Translations under genes and position numbers: made by a program
Shown: one piece after another, positions 49,958 to 59,189 of the stretch
Layout of the letters: every line of letters begins with the position of its first letter
Position numbering within the stretch: the first letter of the stretch is position 1
Notes under the pieces: generated by a model
Told to the model about the DNA's origin: nothing
Seen by the model: only the letters and a program-made list of their open reading frames with translations
Database searches by the model: none
Source: Calditrichaceae bacterium
GTDB lineage: Bacteria; Calditrichota; Calditrichia; RBG-13-44-9; J075
Direction: 5' to 3'
DNA: 64,000 nt
Assembly (NCBI GenBank): GCA_013360445.1
Contig: JABWBP010000016.1
Location: 56,404-120,403, forward strand

Positions 49958-49972
49958 AGCTGAAGCGGGAGG

Positions 49973-50037
49973 CGTGAAACGTAAAACGTGATGCGTGAAG
50001 AATTGCGAACGGCGGTTTACGTTTCACGCATCACGTG
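49973..50037. terminator. Bidirectional hairpin ACGTGATGCGTGAA ... TTCACGCATCACGT between convergent genes
   Basis: 14-bp perfect stem. Additional pairing GTGAAACGTAAA/TTTACGTTTCAC. Lies between the stops of the GYD gene (+) and ltaE (-). CGTGAAACG family. Confidence 0.55.
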
Positions 50038-50075
50038 TCTCTATCCTGATTTCGCAACCGGTTTAATATCCCGTT

Positions 50076-51116
50076 TCATGTTTCCCGCACCAGCACGCTT
50101 TTCAGAAACGCTGCGAAATCCCGCACCTCCTCCTCCGTGGTATCGAATGAAGTCATCCAGCGCACTTCGCCGGTCTGTTCGTTCCAGACGTAGAAGAAAT
50201 AACGCTCTTGCAATCGGGGAATTATTTCTTTGGGGAGAATGGCAAACACCGCGTTGGCCTGCACCGGTTGGGTGAGCTGGATTTGCGGGATTTGCGAAAC
50301 CGCCTCGGCCAGCAGACCCGCCATTTGGTTGGCGCGGCGGGCGTTTTTCAGCCACAAATCATTGCTTAACAGGGCCAGAAACTGCGCCGCGATGTAGCGC
50401 ATTTTGGAAGCGAGCTGCATTCCCTGCTTGCGGATGAAGGGAAATTCCCGCGCCGGCGCGGTATTGAAAAAAATCACCGCTTCTCCATACATTATCCCGT
50501 TTTTCGCCCCGCCGAAGGAGAGCACGTCCACCCCGGCGTTTTTAGTAAATTCCACGAAGGGCAAATTCAGCGCCGCGGCGGCGTTGCAGATGCGCGCTCC
50601 ATCTACGTGCAGGAACAAGCCTTCGCGGTGGGCAAATTCCGCCAGCGCCCGGATTTCTTCCGCGGTATAAAGGGTACCCAACTCCGTGGTCTGGCTGATG
50701 GAAATCGCTTTCGGCTGCGCGTGGTGGGGGTCGCCGCGGCGGGCCAGCAGGGGGCGAATCGCTTCCCCGGCCAATTTGCCATCGGAGGTGGGAACATCTA
50801 ATAATTTGCAGCCGCTGAAGCGCTCCGGCGCGCCGCATTCATCCACGTTGATATGGGCGGTTTCCGCGCAAATCACCGCCTGGAAGGGTTGCAGCAGACT
50901 CGCCAGGCCCAACACGTTCGCCCCGGTGCCGCCGAAGACGAAAAAAACTTCAACATCTTCCCCGAAATGTTCTCGAAACAGCGCCGCCGCCCTTTCGGTG
51001 TACGAATCATCCCCGTAGGCAGGGACGCGGCCGTGGTTGGCCGCTATCATCGCAGCCAGGATCTGCGGGTGCACCCCGGAGGTATTATCGCTGGCAAAGG
51101 TGTAGAGTGGTAACAT
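50076..51116 (-). CDS. ltaE: Low-specificity L-threonine aldolase (PLP-dependent)
   Basis: FASDNTSGVHPQILAAM, FVFGGTGANVLGLASL, HVDGARICNAAAAL and LSFGGAKNG (PLP-Lys) blocks. Start set at MLPLYTF. The upstream ORF extension overlaps the ferredoxin gene. Confidence 0.8.
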   Translation of the reverse strand: MLPLYTFASDNTSGVHPQILAAMIAANHGRVPAYGDDSYTERAAALFREHFGEDVEVFFVFGGTGANVLGLASLLQPFQAVICAETAHINVDECGAPERFSGCKLLDVPTSDGKLAGEAIRPLLARRGDPHHAQPKAISISQTTELGTLYTAEEIRALAEFAHREGLFLHVDGARICNAAAALNLPFVEFTKNAGVDVLSFGGAKNGIMYGEAVIFFNTAPAREFPFIRKQGMQLASKMRYIAAQFLALLSNDLWLKNARRANQMAGLLAEAVSQIPQIQLTQPVQANAVFAILPKEIIPRLQERYFFYVWNEQTGEVRWMTSFDTTEEEVRDFAAFLKSVLVRET

Positions 51117-51195
51117 CGTATCGAATCCGGTAAAAGTAGGCGATAGGCAGTTGGCAAAATTGCCCGCTCCAAAGCCGGGAGAGGCTGAACCGCCT

Positions 51196-51447
51196 TTATC
51201 CGCCGGCCCCCGGCGCCCCAACTCGTGGGGCGTATTTCTTGCGGCGGGCAACTTCCTCGTGGCTGATCGCGGTTACCGGGCAAATCTCCTCGCAGGCCAT
51301 GCAGGCAATGTTGCAGGGTTCATCCACCGCGATGGTGTCGAAGGCGCTCACGAAACCGGCGTCCTGCGGGCAGACCGCAATGCAGGCCGCGCATTTGATG
51401 CAGGCGTTCCAGTCGATGTCGAAAACCACCGGGGTTCGTTTGGGCAT
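51196..51447 (-). CDS. 4Fe-4S dicluster ferredoxin
   Basis: Two CxxCxxCxxxCP motifs (CIKCAACIAVCP; CNIACMACEEICP). About 83 aa. Confidence 0.8.
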   Translation of the reverse strand: MPKRTPVVFDIDWNACIKCAACIAVCPQDAGFVSAFDTIAVDEPCNIACMACEEICPVTAISHEEVARRKKYAPRVGAPGAGG

Positions 51448-51678
51448 AGTGCACACCTCTTTCTACCAGTTCAGAAGTTCCGGGAAATTCTAACCTGCGT
51501 ATAGCTCCGCCGCATGCCCGTACTCCTGAATCTCCAACTCTTCTTCGCTTTCTTCCACAAAGGTTTCCATAAAAAAGAAGAAATCCTTCAGGATTTCGGT
51601 TAATTCTTGCCGGGCTTGCCGGCTCAACTGATGTTACGCATTAACGACTCATTCATCGCCATTCATAAGCCTGCGCCG

Positions 51679-52218
51679 TCAACTTTTCAGCACCGCCAGG
51701 GGGCGAACCCGCGCGACCGCCCTGGCAATGCGGAACTGCTGCATCACCCGCAGCACGTTGTCAATATCCTTGAGGGCGTCCGGGGCCTGCTCGCTGATGT
51801 GATCCTTCCCGTAGCGGTAGAGCCGGATGCCGCGTCGTTGCATGGTCGCCTCGCGTTTTTCGTTCAATAGTTGGCGCACGTTCAGGCGGCAGAACAGGGC
51901 CATGTTTTTTGCGCGAATGAGATCGCTCCACAACAGGCCGCCCCGCACCCGGAACAACCGTTTGCCTACCTGAACGGCTTCGGGGTCTTCCGCCCGCCGC
52001 AGCAGGGGGAATTCCTTCCCTTCCGCTTCCCACAGGTTGATGGAAATGCAAATCTCCGCCTCGCCGGGATGGCGCTCCGCTACTAACGGCCGGGCGTGTT
52101 CCGCAATTTGTTCCAGCAGCGGCGCGTGGTTGCAGCGGATTTCTACCCTGGTCTGGTTGGACTCGACGTGGAGGGTAAGGTCATTTATGGTCATTTGCTG
52201 CGCGTCATTTATGGTCAT
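51679..52218 (-). CDS. Hypothetical protein (no recognised family)
   Basis: 179-aa ORF with coding-like composition. The N-terminal MTINDAQQMTIND is derived from the GTCATT repeat array, so the true start is uncertain (possibly 52194). Confidence 0.45.
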   Translation of the reverse strand: MTINDAQQMTINDLTLHVESNQTRVEIRCNHAPLLEQIAEHARPLVAERHPGEAEICISINLWEAEGKEFPLLRRAEDPEAVQVGKRLFRVRGGLLWSDLIRAKNMALFCRLNVRQLLNEKREATMQRRGIRLYRYGKDHISEQAPDALKDIDNVLRVMQQFRIARAVARVRPLAVLKS

Positions 52219-52310
52219 TTGGCTTCGCGGTCATTTATTGTCATTGGTTTCACAGTCATTTGTTGTCATTAGCGTTGCGTCATTGGTGGTCATTGGCTGC
52301 GCGTCATTCT
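52178..52310. repeat. Tandem about 24-bp repeat (TATGGTCATTTGCTGCGCGTCATT-like) x5.5; GTCATT half-site array
   Basis: Eleven GTCATT copies at 11-13 nt spacing. Same half-site family as 28005-28160 and 33133-33235, but without the central GC hairpin. Confidence 0.75.
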
Positions 52311-52383
52311 CACGCCGGAAAATACTCCCCAATCCGAAACTCGTGGTGAGCGAAGTCGAACCATCCCAAATCCAAATCGAAAC

Positions 52384-53097
52384 TCACTCTTCGCACACAA
52401 ACTTATACCCGTATCCCCGCACGGTTTGAATGTATTGGGGCGCGTCCGGCGCGTCTTCGATCTTTTTGCGCAGGCGCAGGATATGGTTATCCACGGTGCG
52501 GGTGGTAAGGTAGGCGTCGTAGGCGCCGTATTCCCACACTTCATCTAAGAGCTTTTCCCGGGTAATCAGCCTGCCGCGGAAGTCGATCAGGTATTCCAGG
52601 AGGCGGAATTCCCGGTGGGTCAGCTCTATCGCTTTGCCGTTCTTGCGCACCTCGTGGCGCTCGAAATCCACCTCCACGTTGCCAAAGCTGAAATGGGTAA
52701 TTTTTTCACCCTGCAAGCCGGTTTTCTGCGCGTACTCCACCCGCCGCAACAGCGCCCGCACCCGCGCCAGCACCTCGCGAGGGTTGAAGGGCTTGGTCAC
52801 GTAATCATCGGCGCCCAATTCCAGACCGAGGACTTTGTCCGTGGCGTCGTCGCGGGCGGTGAGCATCAGCACCGGCACGTTCACTTCCCGGTCGCGCAGC
52901 TTCTTCAGCACCTCGAACCCGCTCATTCCCGGCAGCATAATGTCTAAAATGATCACGTCCGGCTGAAACGATTCCGTTTTGGCCAGCCCCCGTTCCCCCG
53001 TAGCCGCGGAGCCGACCTCGAACCCTTCCTCCGAAAAGGTCTTTTCCAGGCCCAACAGCACGGAATCGTTGTCTTCGATGATCAGTATCTTGGCCAT
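52384..53097 (-). CDS. OmpR/PhoB-family response regulator (REC + winged helix)
   Basis: REC (DVIILDIMLPGMSG, phospho-Asp) plus C-terminal wHTH (RTVDNHILRLRKKIE ... VRGYGYKF). Confidence 0.9.
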   Translation of the reverse strand: MAKILIIEDNDSVLLGLEKTFSEEGFEVGSAATGERGLAKTESFQPDVIILDIMLPGMSGFEVLKKLRDREVNVPVLMLTARDDATDKVLGLELGADDYVTKPFNPREVLARVRALLRRVEYAQKTGLQGEKITHFSFGNVEVDFERHEVRKNGKAIELTHREFRLLEYLIDFRGRLITREKLLDEVWEYGAYDAYLTTRTVDNHILRLRKKIEDAPDAPQYIQTVRGYGYKFVCEE

Positions 53098-53103
53098 AAT
53101 ATC

Positions 53104-55257
53104 TTAACTTTTCAACGGCAATTTGATGGTAAACGTCGATCCCTTTCCGTACTCGCTTTCCACCGCTACCTCCCCCCCGTGCGCTTCCACGACGTGTTTC
53201 ACCAGCGCCAGCCCCAGGCCGGTGCCGGCAACGTAGGCCGCTTTCCCGTCTTCCACCCGGTAATAATCCTCGAAAATGTGCTTGAGATGTTTCTTTTCGA
53301 TGCCGATGCCCCGGTCGCACACCCGGATGGCCAGGAACCCATCGCTTTCCCGGGCGCTCACCGCCACCGGCGTTTTGTCCGGCGAATATTTGGCCGCGTT
53401 GGAGAGCAGGTTCAGCAGCGCCTGGAGGATGGCGTGGCGGTCGATGTAAACTTCTCCCAGGGAATCGGTAATATCCAGCTGGATATCGATCCCCTGGGTT
53501 TCCGCGTAGTAGCGAAAGGCATCTACGGCGGTGCGAACCACTGCTTCCGCCTCTTCGTACTCGAATTGATATTTCTTAACGCCCCGCTCGATTTTGGAAT
53601 AATCCAGCACGTTATCCACCATGCGCGCCAGGCGCTCGCTTTCCGCCTGGAGAATACGCAGGTATTTCCGCGCCTCCGTGTCGCCCTGGAAGCTTTCGCG
53701 TTTCGCCAAAAACTCCGCAAACATGCGGATCGAGGTCAACGGCGTTTTCAATTCGTGGGTTACCGAGGAGATGAAAGTGCTCTTTTGCAAGGAAAGGAGT
53801 TGCTGCTTGCGCAGGTGATAGAGCAGCGCCGCGGAGCCGGCGATGATGAATAGCCAGAGCAGAAAGATGCCCCCTAATTTTAGATAGAGCGCGCGAAACC
53901 CGCCCTGCAGCAGGGGATTTTGGGCGGTCGGAAAAACGCCCAACTGCCAGAAATTCAGGGGATCGCGCAGGGGAAGCAGCACCGCCGGGCGGTTGAGCAG
54001 GTTTTCTTCTCCCCCCAGCACGATCTTACGGTTCTCGTCTAAGACGGCGATGGCGACGTCTTCGGGATAGTTCTCCTCGTTCATGATGCGCGGAAAAATC
54101 TGTTTTTTCAACTGCTCCAGGTTGATCTCCAGCCCCAGCGCCGCCTCCACCACCTGGTTTTCGGTGCGCGACAGCAGGATATAGGCGACCAGGTAGGGCT
54201 GTTCTACCGCGTAATCGGATAAAAATTTGAAGCGGTTGCGGTAAGTGCCGCGCTCGATGATATCCCGGCTGAGGCGCTGGTGCAACTTTTCCACCAGGTA
54301 TTTGGCGCCGATGTTTTTCTTCTTCTGCTCCTGTAAGCGGCTGTACAGGGTCGAATATTCCTGTTGTTTTTCCCCTTCGAAACCGGTGATGAGCCGCCGG
54401 AAAAATTCCTGAATCCGCTCCACGAAAAAATCATACTGGGTGCGGTTGACTTCATCGGAGTGGTTGAGCAAATCCCGGTATAGCTCTAACAGGGCGTTCA
54501 TCGCCTCTTCCCGGCGATTCATGTTATCCAGGGTGACCACCCGCTGGTATTTGGCATAGAAACGCAGGTGCAGGTTGTGCAAGTCCCGGGCCTCGGGGTA
54601 GTTTTCAATGATCTGGCCGTAATAATCATGTGCGATTTGCCATTCCGCCCGGAACAGGTAAATGCGGGCAATCTCGCCCAGGGCGATGGCTTTCAGGTGC
54701 GGGGCCGGGAAGGTGTCCGCAATACCCTGGTAAATGCGAATCGCCCCTGCCGGGTTATTTTCTTTGAATTCTAAGTCTTCTGCCTGCTCGGTTAATTGCC
54801 GGAATTTCAGCAGCCAGGTTTCCAATTCCGGAACGGTTTCCCTGCCGAGTGCGACAGATGACTGCTCGTAGAAAATTTGCCCTGCCAGGGGATAGATCAC
54901 CCTCCCGGCGCTGCTGACCAGGTAAGCGTCGCTGATCAAGGAATCATTCGCAAGCAATTGGTTCAATAACCGCTCCTGCTCCTCGCCCGGCAGGGCCAAT
55001 AAGTTTCGCGGGGCGATATTCTCCAGCCAGCGCTGGCGCTCGGCATCGATCAATTGGGAGATTTCCGACGTCGCAAACCGCGCTAACCGCTCATAGCTCG
55101 CTACCACCCGTTGCCGATAGACCAGCCGTTCCGCTTCCAGCGCCCGGCCGGCAAAATAAGCCAGTAAAAAGCTGGGGATAATAATCAAGGCCAGGAACCA
55201 CAGCGCCAGTTTTAGCTGCCAGTTCTTCGACAAAATCGATGGCGGTTTAATTTTCAT
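53104..55257 (-). CDS. Sensor histidine kinase (large periplasmic helical/TPR-like sensor, HisKA + HATPase_c)
   Basis: Two TM helices flanking an about 450 aa periplasmic region. H-box SVTHELKTPLTSI. N/G1/G2 boxes (LLSNAAKYS, DRGIGI, GTGLGLAL). Start placed at MKIKPPS. Confidence 0.85.
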   Translation of the reverse strand: MKIKPPSILSKNWQLKLALWFLALIIIPSFLLAYFAGRALEAERLVYRQRVVASYERLARFATSEISQLIDAERQRWLENIAPRNLLALPGEEQERLLNQLLANDSLISDAYLVSSAGRVIYPLAGQIFYEQSSVALGRETVPELETWLLKFRQLTEQAEDLEFKENNPAGAIRIYQGIADTFPAPHLKAIALGEIARIYLFRAEWQIAHDYYGQIIENYPEARDLHNLHLRFYAKYQRVVTLDNMNRREEAMNALLELYRDLLNHSDEVNRTQYDFFVERIQEFFRRLITGFEGEKQQEYSTLYSRLQEQKKKNIGAKYLVEKLHQRLSRDIIERGTYRNRFKFLSDYAVEQPYLVAYILLSRTENQVVEAALGLEINLEQLKKQIFPRIMNEENYPEDVAIAVLDENRKIVLGGEENLLNRPAVLLPLRDPLNFWQLGVFPTAQNPLLQGGFRALYLKLGGIFLLWLFIIAGSAALLYHLRKQQLLSLQKSTFISSVTHELKTPLTSIRMFAEFLAKRESFQGDTEARKYLRILQAESERLARMVDNVLDYSKIERGVKKYQFEYEEAEAVVRTAVDAFRYYAETQGIDIQLDITDSLGEVYIDRHAILQALLNLLSNAAKYSPDKTPVAVSARESDGFLAIRVCDRGIGIEKKHLKHIFEDYYRVEDGKAAYVAGTGLGLALVKHVVEAHGGEVAVESEYGKGSTFTIKLPLKS

Positions 55258-55337
55258 CGTCGTCCAAAAATTAAAAGCCCGGAACCAAACTCCAAAACAC
55301 ATGAATACTTGCGCACTTGAACCCCCTCCCTCCCGCT

Positions 55338-55736
55338 TTACGGTAGCGCCTTCCACGCTTCCGCACAAGTGCAATGCGCGGGCATTTCCTTCGCCCGCTC
55401 GATCACCGCGTCCGCCAGCGCCAGCATCTGCCCGACCTTTTCCACCCGGTCTGCATGAAAATGTTTGGCATATTTGAAAGCCTGTTTATGGATCAGCAGA
55501 CCGCTCAAAAATCCCATCACTGCCCGGGCGGGGATGGGCCAGCGTGCGTGGGCGGCATACCCTTCCAGGAACAGGCGGGCAATTTCCCGGCGCAGACCGG
55601 CATCGACAAAATCCTGCGCGTCCAGGTAATACATAGAGGCGAGGAAATTCGCCACGTCGTATCCCGGGTGCCCCACGCAGCAACTGTCGAAATCTAACAA
55701 AAATAGTGATCCATCGTGCAGAAAAATATAATTCAT
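55338..55736 (-). pseudogene. C-terminal fragment of an aminoglycoside/protein-kinase-like phosphotransferase (APH family)
   Basis: LLDFDSCCVGHPGYDVANFL matches the APH DFD..GDPxYDLA block, but the catalytic HGD loop and N-lobe are absent. An in-frame stop lies 3 codons upstream of the ATG. 132 aa only. Confidence 0.4.
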
Positions 55737-55899
55737 GCAAATTCAAAAAAGCAGTATGGATACATACCACGAATCCTTCAAGTTACATAAAATTTACAGA
55801 ACCGTGAAATCACGGAAACATCGGGGGTTTAGATTTCTTCGGTTCAATAAGATCATTACGCATTGAAAAACGGTTCCAATAATCTAAGGAGGAATACCA

Positions 55900-56457
55900 A
55901 TGAAGCGTATGTTTATGGCGTTCACGGTGTTGATGTTCGTAACGGTAAATCTCTGGCTTACTGCGGAAGCCCAGCAGTTGGAGAATTTTTTGAGCAAGAT
56001 CAAGATGGGCGAGTGGATCGAGTTCGAAGGCCCGCCCCAGCCCAATTCTACCATCCTGGTGAATGAGATCAAAGTTCTCCGCGGGGAGATGGAGGATGAC
56101 GACTGGGAAGTAAGCGGCGCGGTCAGCCGGGTAGCCCCGGAAGAGAAAACCATCTATATGCTGAATCTTCCTATCAAATTCGATAATAACACCGAATACG
56201 ACGACCTGGGCGTCATCAAATCCTTCTCGGACATCAAACCGGGCATGACCGTGGAAGTTGATGGTCAATATACCATGGACGGGGTATTTTTAGCCTCGGT
56301 AGTCGAATCCAAGAAATTCAAAGAGGATGAAAAGAATTTTGTCAAATGGATCGGGAAAGTAGAAGGTGTGGAACCGGAAAGCCATTCCATTAATATCCTG
56401 GGCCACGTCATTATCCTCACCCCGGAAACCAAGATCAAATCTTTTCTTCCCGAATGA
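55900..56457 (+). CDS. Secreted hypothetical protein with two OB-fold-like (DUF5666-type) repeats
   Basis: Signal peptide MKRMFMAFTVLMFVTVNLWLTAEA. Two about 70 aa internal repeats (IEFEGPP...VSGAVSRV / VEVDGQY...IGKVEGV). Confidence 0.55.
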   Translation: MKRMFMAFTVLMFVTVNLWLTAEAQQLENFLSKIKMGEWIEFEGPPQPNSTILVNEIKVLRGEMEDDDWEVSGAVSRVAPEEKTIYMLNLPIKFDNNTEYDDLGVIKSFSDIKPGMTVEVDGQYTMDGVFLASVVESKKFKEDEKNFVKWIGKVEGVEPESHSINILGHVIILTPETKIKSFLPE

Positions 56458-56744
56458 TATAGAAATGGTAAAGGATGATGGCTATAAGGGTAAGGGCTGA
56501 GAGGTGGAGAGTAAAAAAGATCTCAGCCTTTCCCTTCATCACTTTCATCCTTAATCCTTAATCCTTAGGACAATCCATATCTAACAGACCTAACAAATTT
56601 TAAGCGATCGAGGTTCTGATGACTCCCCGTTTGGACCGAATCCTTTCTTTTGTTCTGTTGCTCGGATGTCTCACCGGTTATGCCCGGGAGGGGGGGAAGG
56701 AGCACACAGTTTTGGAAGCGTTCGTTCCCCAAAAAACAACCAGT

Positions 56745-56887
56745 ACCTGTAGTGCTAGTTCTACCAACGGACGCCCGATCTAACCGCGAATTGACGCGAA
56801 TAAACACTAATTTCGGCCAGTCTTGATCCTATAGTTATTCGCGTTATTCGCGTGTATTCGCGGTTTAAACCGACTAGCACTACAGGT
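56745..56887. mobile_element. MITE-like element (143 bp) with perfect 15-bp TIRs and 7-bp target-site duplication
   Basis: TIRs are ACCTGTAGTGCTAGT (56745-56759) and ACTAGCACTACAGGT (56873-56887). Flanking direct repeat AACCAGT at 56738-56744 and 56888-56894. Internal ATTCGCG-rich repeats. An inverted homologous copy lies at 63650-63785 and a fragment at 30140-30175. Confidence 0.55.
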
Positions 56888-57664
56888 AACCAGTATGTGT
56901 ACATGGGCGGGGCGGCCGCGGTCGTGGTTTTTTGGGCGCTCGTTTTTCTGTTAAGCGGAGACAATTATTCGAGTGTTTTGACCTCCCGGCGACCTGGTCG
57001 TGAAAGTCAGCGAAACCGGCGAACTGGTAGCCCAGAACCAGGCCACCATCAGCGCCATCAATGACAAGCAGATTCTCAACCTGGCCCCGGAAGGCTCCTG
57101 GGTAGAGCCGGGCGATACGCTGAAGGGCTACGTGGTGGAAAGCGGAGTGGAGCAGGCTCGCCTCGCCTACCTGGAGATGCAGGCGCGCACCCGCTCCCTG
57201 GCTTCGGTAGTGGACGCCCGCGCCGCAGACGTGGAACGCGCCGAAAGTGTGGTAAAGAACAACGAACGCAAGACGTATTTCCGGGAGCGGTTTTCAACGG
57301 AGAGGTGGTGAGCATCGGAACCCTGGCGCGCCCCAAGACCAACCCGGCTACCGGAAAAATCACCAGCACCAAGGTGTTCGACCTCATGATCAAAGTGACC
57401 GAAAACGACAAGCGCCTGAAGCCGGGGCTGAGCGCGACCGTCGATATTATCGTGGACCGCCTGAGCAACGTGGTGTACGTTCCCATCGAGAGCGTGTTTA
57501 CCACCGATAATAATCGCACCTTTGTGTATTTGAGAAAAAAAGGCGACAAGGTGGAGAAACGCCTGGTGGAGATCGGGCGCAGCAACGATCTCCACGTGAA
57601 AATCAACATCGTCATGGGGGCGATTGCCGCCGTCTCGTTGCGGGTGGGGGAATCGGGATCATGA
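56852..57664 (+). pseudogene. Frameshifted/degraded efflux periplasmic adaptor (membrane fusion protein, HlyD/RND-MFP family)
   Basis: MFP-like pieces lie in three different frames: a TM anchor (AAAVVVFWALVFLL, 56852-), a beta-barrel lead (VVKVSETGELVAQNQATISAINDKQILNLAPEGSWVEPGDTLKGYVV, 57000-57311) and a C-terminal segment (KITSTKVFDLMIKVTENDKRLKPGLSATVDIIV, 57305-57664). No intact reading frame. Confidence 0.45.
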
Positions 57665-57935
57665 AAATTATGCTGGCCACGGTTACCGAACGCATGGAAA
57701 AAAATCCAGCCGGAGGGAGAAAAACGCCCCGCCGGGCGGGTGGACCATTGTATGGCCTATGATCCCTACAAAAAACGGCTGCTGCTGTTCGGGGGATGGC
57801 ATAGCGAGTGAAACAAAGTAAGCGCCGGCAATGAAACCGCCGGTGAGAATTTTCGGTACTGGGCGCTGAAACCGCGCATTTCCCCCAAATTTTTTATGGC
57901 GAAGTCATCCCTTTGGGAAAGGCCACGTGGTAGAC

Positions 57936-59099
57936 CTATACCTTTCTGAACTCCGACCGCGGGCTGAAGTACTGTGCCAGGGTTTGGTAGAGCATCCGGT
58001 CGCGCTCTGCTGTCGGCTGACGGAAAATCTCCCGTTTCAGGCGATACAGCTTCCACATGGCTTCGCCTAATTCCTTCATCCAGCGGCGCTGGTATTCGGC
58101 TAAATTTTCCGCGTCCGGCGGCAGCCCGGCGGGCAGAAAATCGCCCAGGAAATTGCCGGCGATTTGTCCGCAGCGCAGGGCGGTATGGATACCCCCGCCG
58201 GTAATGGGATTGACATGCCGGGCGGCGTCGCCCACCAGGATAACATTGTCGGCGTATTGCTGCTTCAGGGGCGCAGCTAAAGGTACGCCGCCGCCCTGCA
58301 CTTCCAACACCCGGGCATCTTTGAGACGTTCCGCCAGAAAGGAATGGCGGATGAAATGCTCCAGATGCCAGCGCGCGTCTTTGCCGGTGAGGGTGCGCGC
58401 CACGCCCAGGCCCACTTCTGCATACCCACGCCCCCGGGGAAAGATCCAGGCATAGCCGCCGGGAGCCCACTCGTGGCCGGTGATGATTTCCAGCAGACCA
58501 TCGGTATCCACCCGGTCCATGACGAATTGCAAACAGGAAGCCAGCTCCGCCAGCCTGATATGAGTGCGCAGGCCGGCCCACTTGCCCACCCGGGATTGCA
58601 GCCCGTCGGCTCCCACGATGACCCGGGCGCGTATCGTGAGTTCCTGCCCGAATTTCTTCATCAGGACATTCGCGGTTCCGTCGCCGTTGGCATGGTATTC
58701 CAACGCCTCGGTTTTCAGCCACACTTCCACCCCCGCTCTTTCCGCCAGGGCGGTCAAATAGCGGTCGAAACGCCGGCGATCCACCACGTAACCTAACGGC
58801 GATCTGTTATATTCCCCGGGCTTCAATGTGCGATAATCCAATGTTTCCGCCGCGCCGTTTGCGTCATAGACTTTGAACCCGTAAATCGGCGTGGCAATGT
58901 ACTCATCATCGGGTTGGACGCCGGTATCGCCGAGGGCGTGGGCGCTCACCGCCCCGGAGCACTGGATGGGCGCGCCTAACTCCTGCTTTTTATCGACTAA
59001 AAGCACCCGCAAGCCTCGTTCCGCAGCAATTCGCGCGGTGGTCGCCCCGGCGGGGCCGGAGCCGATGACTATGACATCGAAATCTGTATTGGGAGACAT
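57936..59099 (-). CDS. Geranylgeranyl reductase family FAD-dependent oxidoreductase (ChlP/BchP-like)
   Basis: FAD dinucleotide fold DVIVIGSGPAGATTA. GGR family blocks (VIVGADGLQSRV, GGYAWIFPRG, ILVGDAARHVNPITGGGI). Confidence 0.85.
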   Translation of the reverse strand: MSPNTDFDVIVIGSGPAGATTARIAAERGLRVLLVDKKQELGAPIQCSGAVSAHALGDTGVQPDDEYIATPIYGFKVYDANGAAETLDYRTLKPGEYNRSPLGYVVDRRRFDRYLTALAERAGVEVWLKTEALEYHANGDGTANVLMKKFGQELTIRARVIVGADGLQSRVGKWAGLRTHIRLAELASCLQFVMDRVDTDGLLEIITGHEWAPGGYAWIFPRGRGYAEVGLGVARTLTGKDARWHLEHFIRHSFLAERLKDARVLEVQGGGVPLAAPLKQQYADNVILVGDAARHVNPITGGGIHTALRCGQIAGNFLGDFLPAGLPPDAENLAEYQRRWMKELGEAMWKLYRLKREIFRQPTAERDRMLYQTLAQYFSPRSEFRKV

Positions 59100-59189
59100 G
59101 GTTTTCTCTCTCTCGAAAAAAATCGCATCGGATAAACAGTTAAAAGCGCCGGCGTAAAAATGGCCGGTGCAAAACTAAAGTTTTGCACT

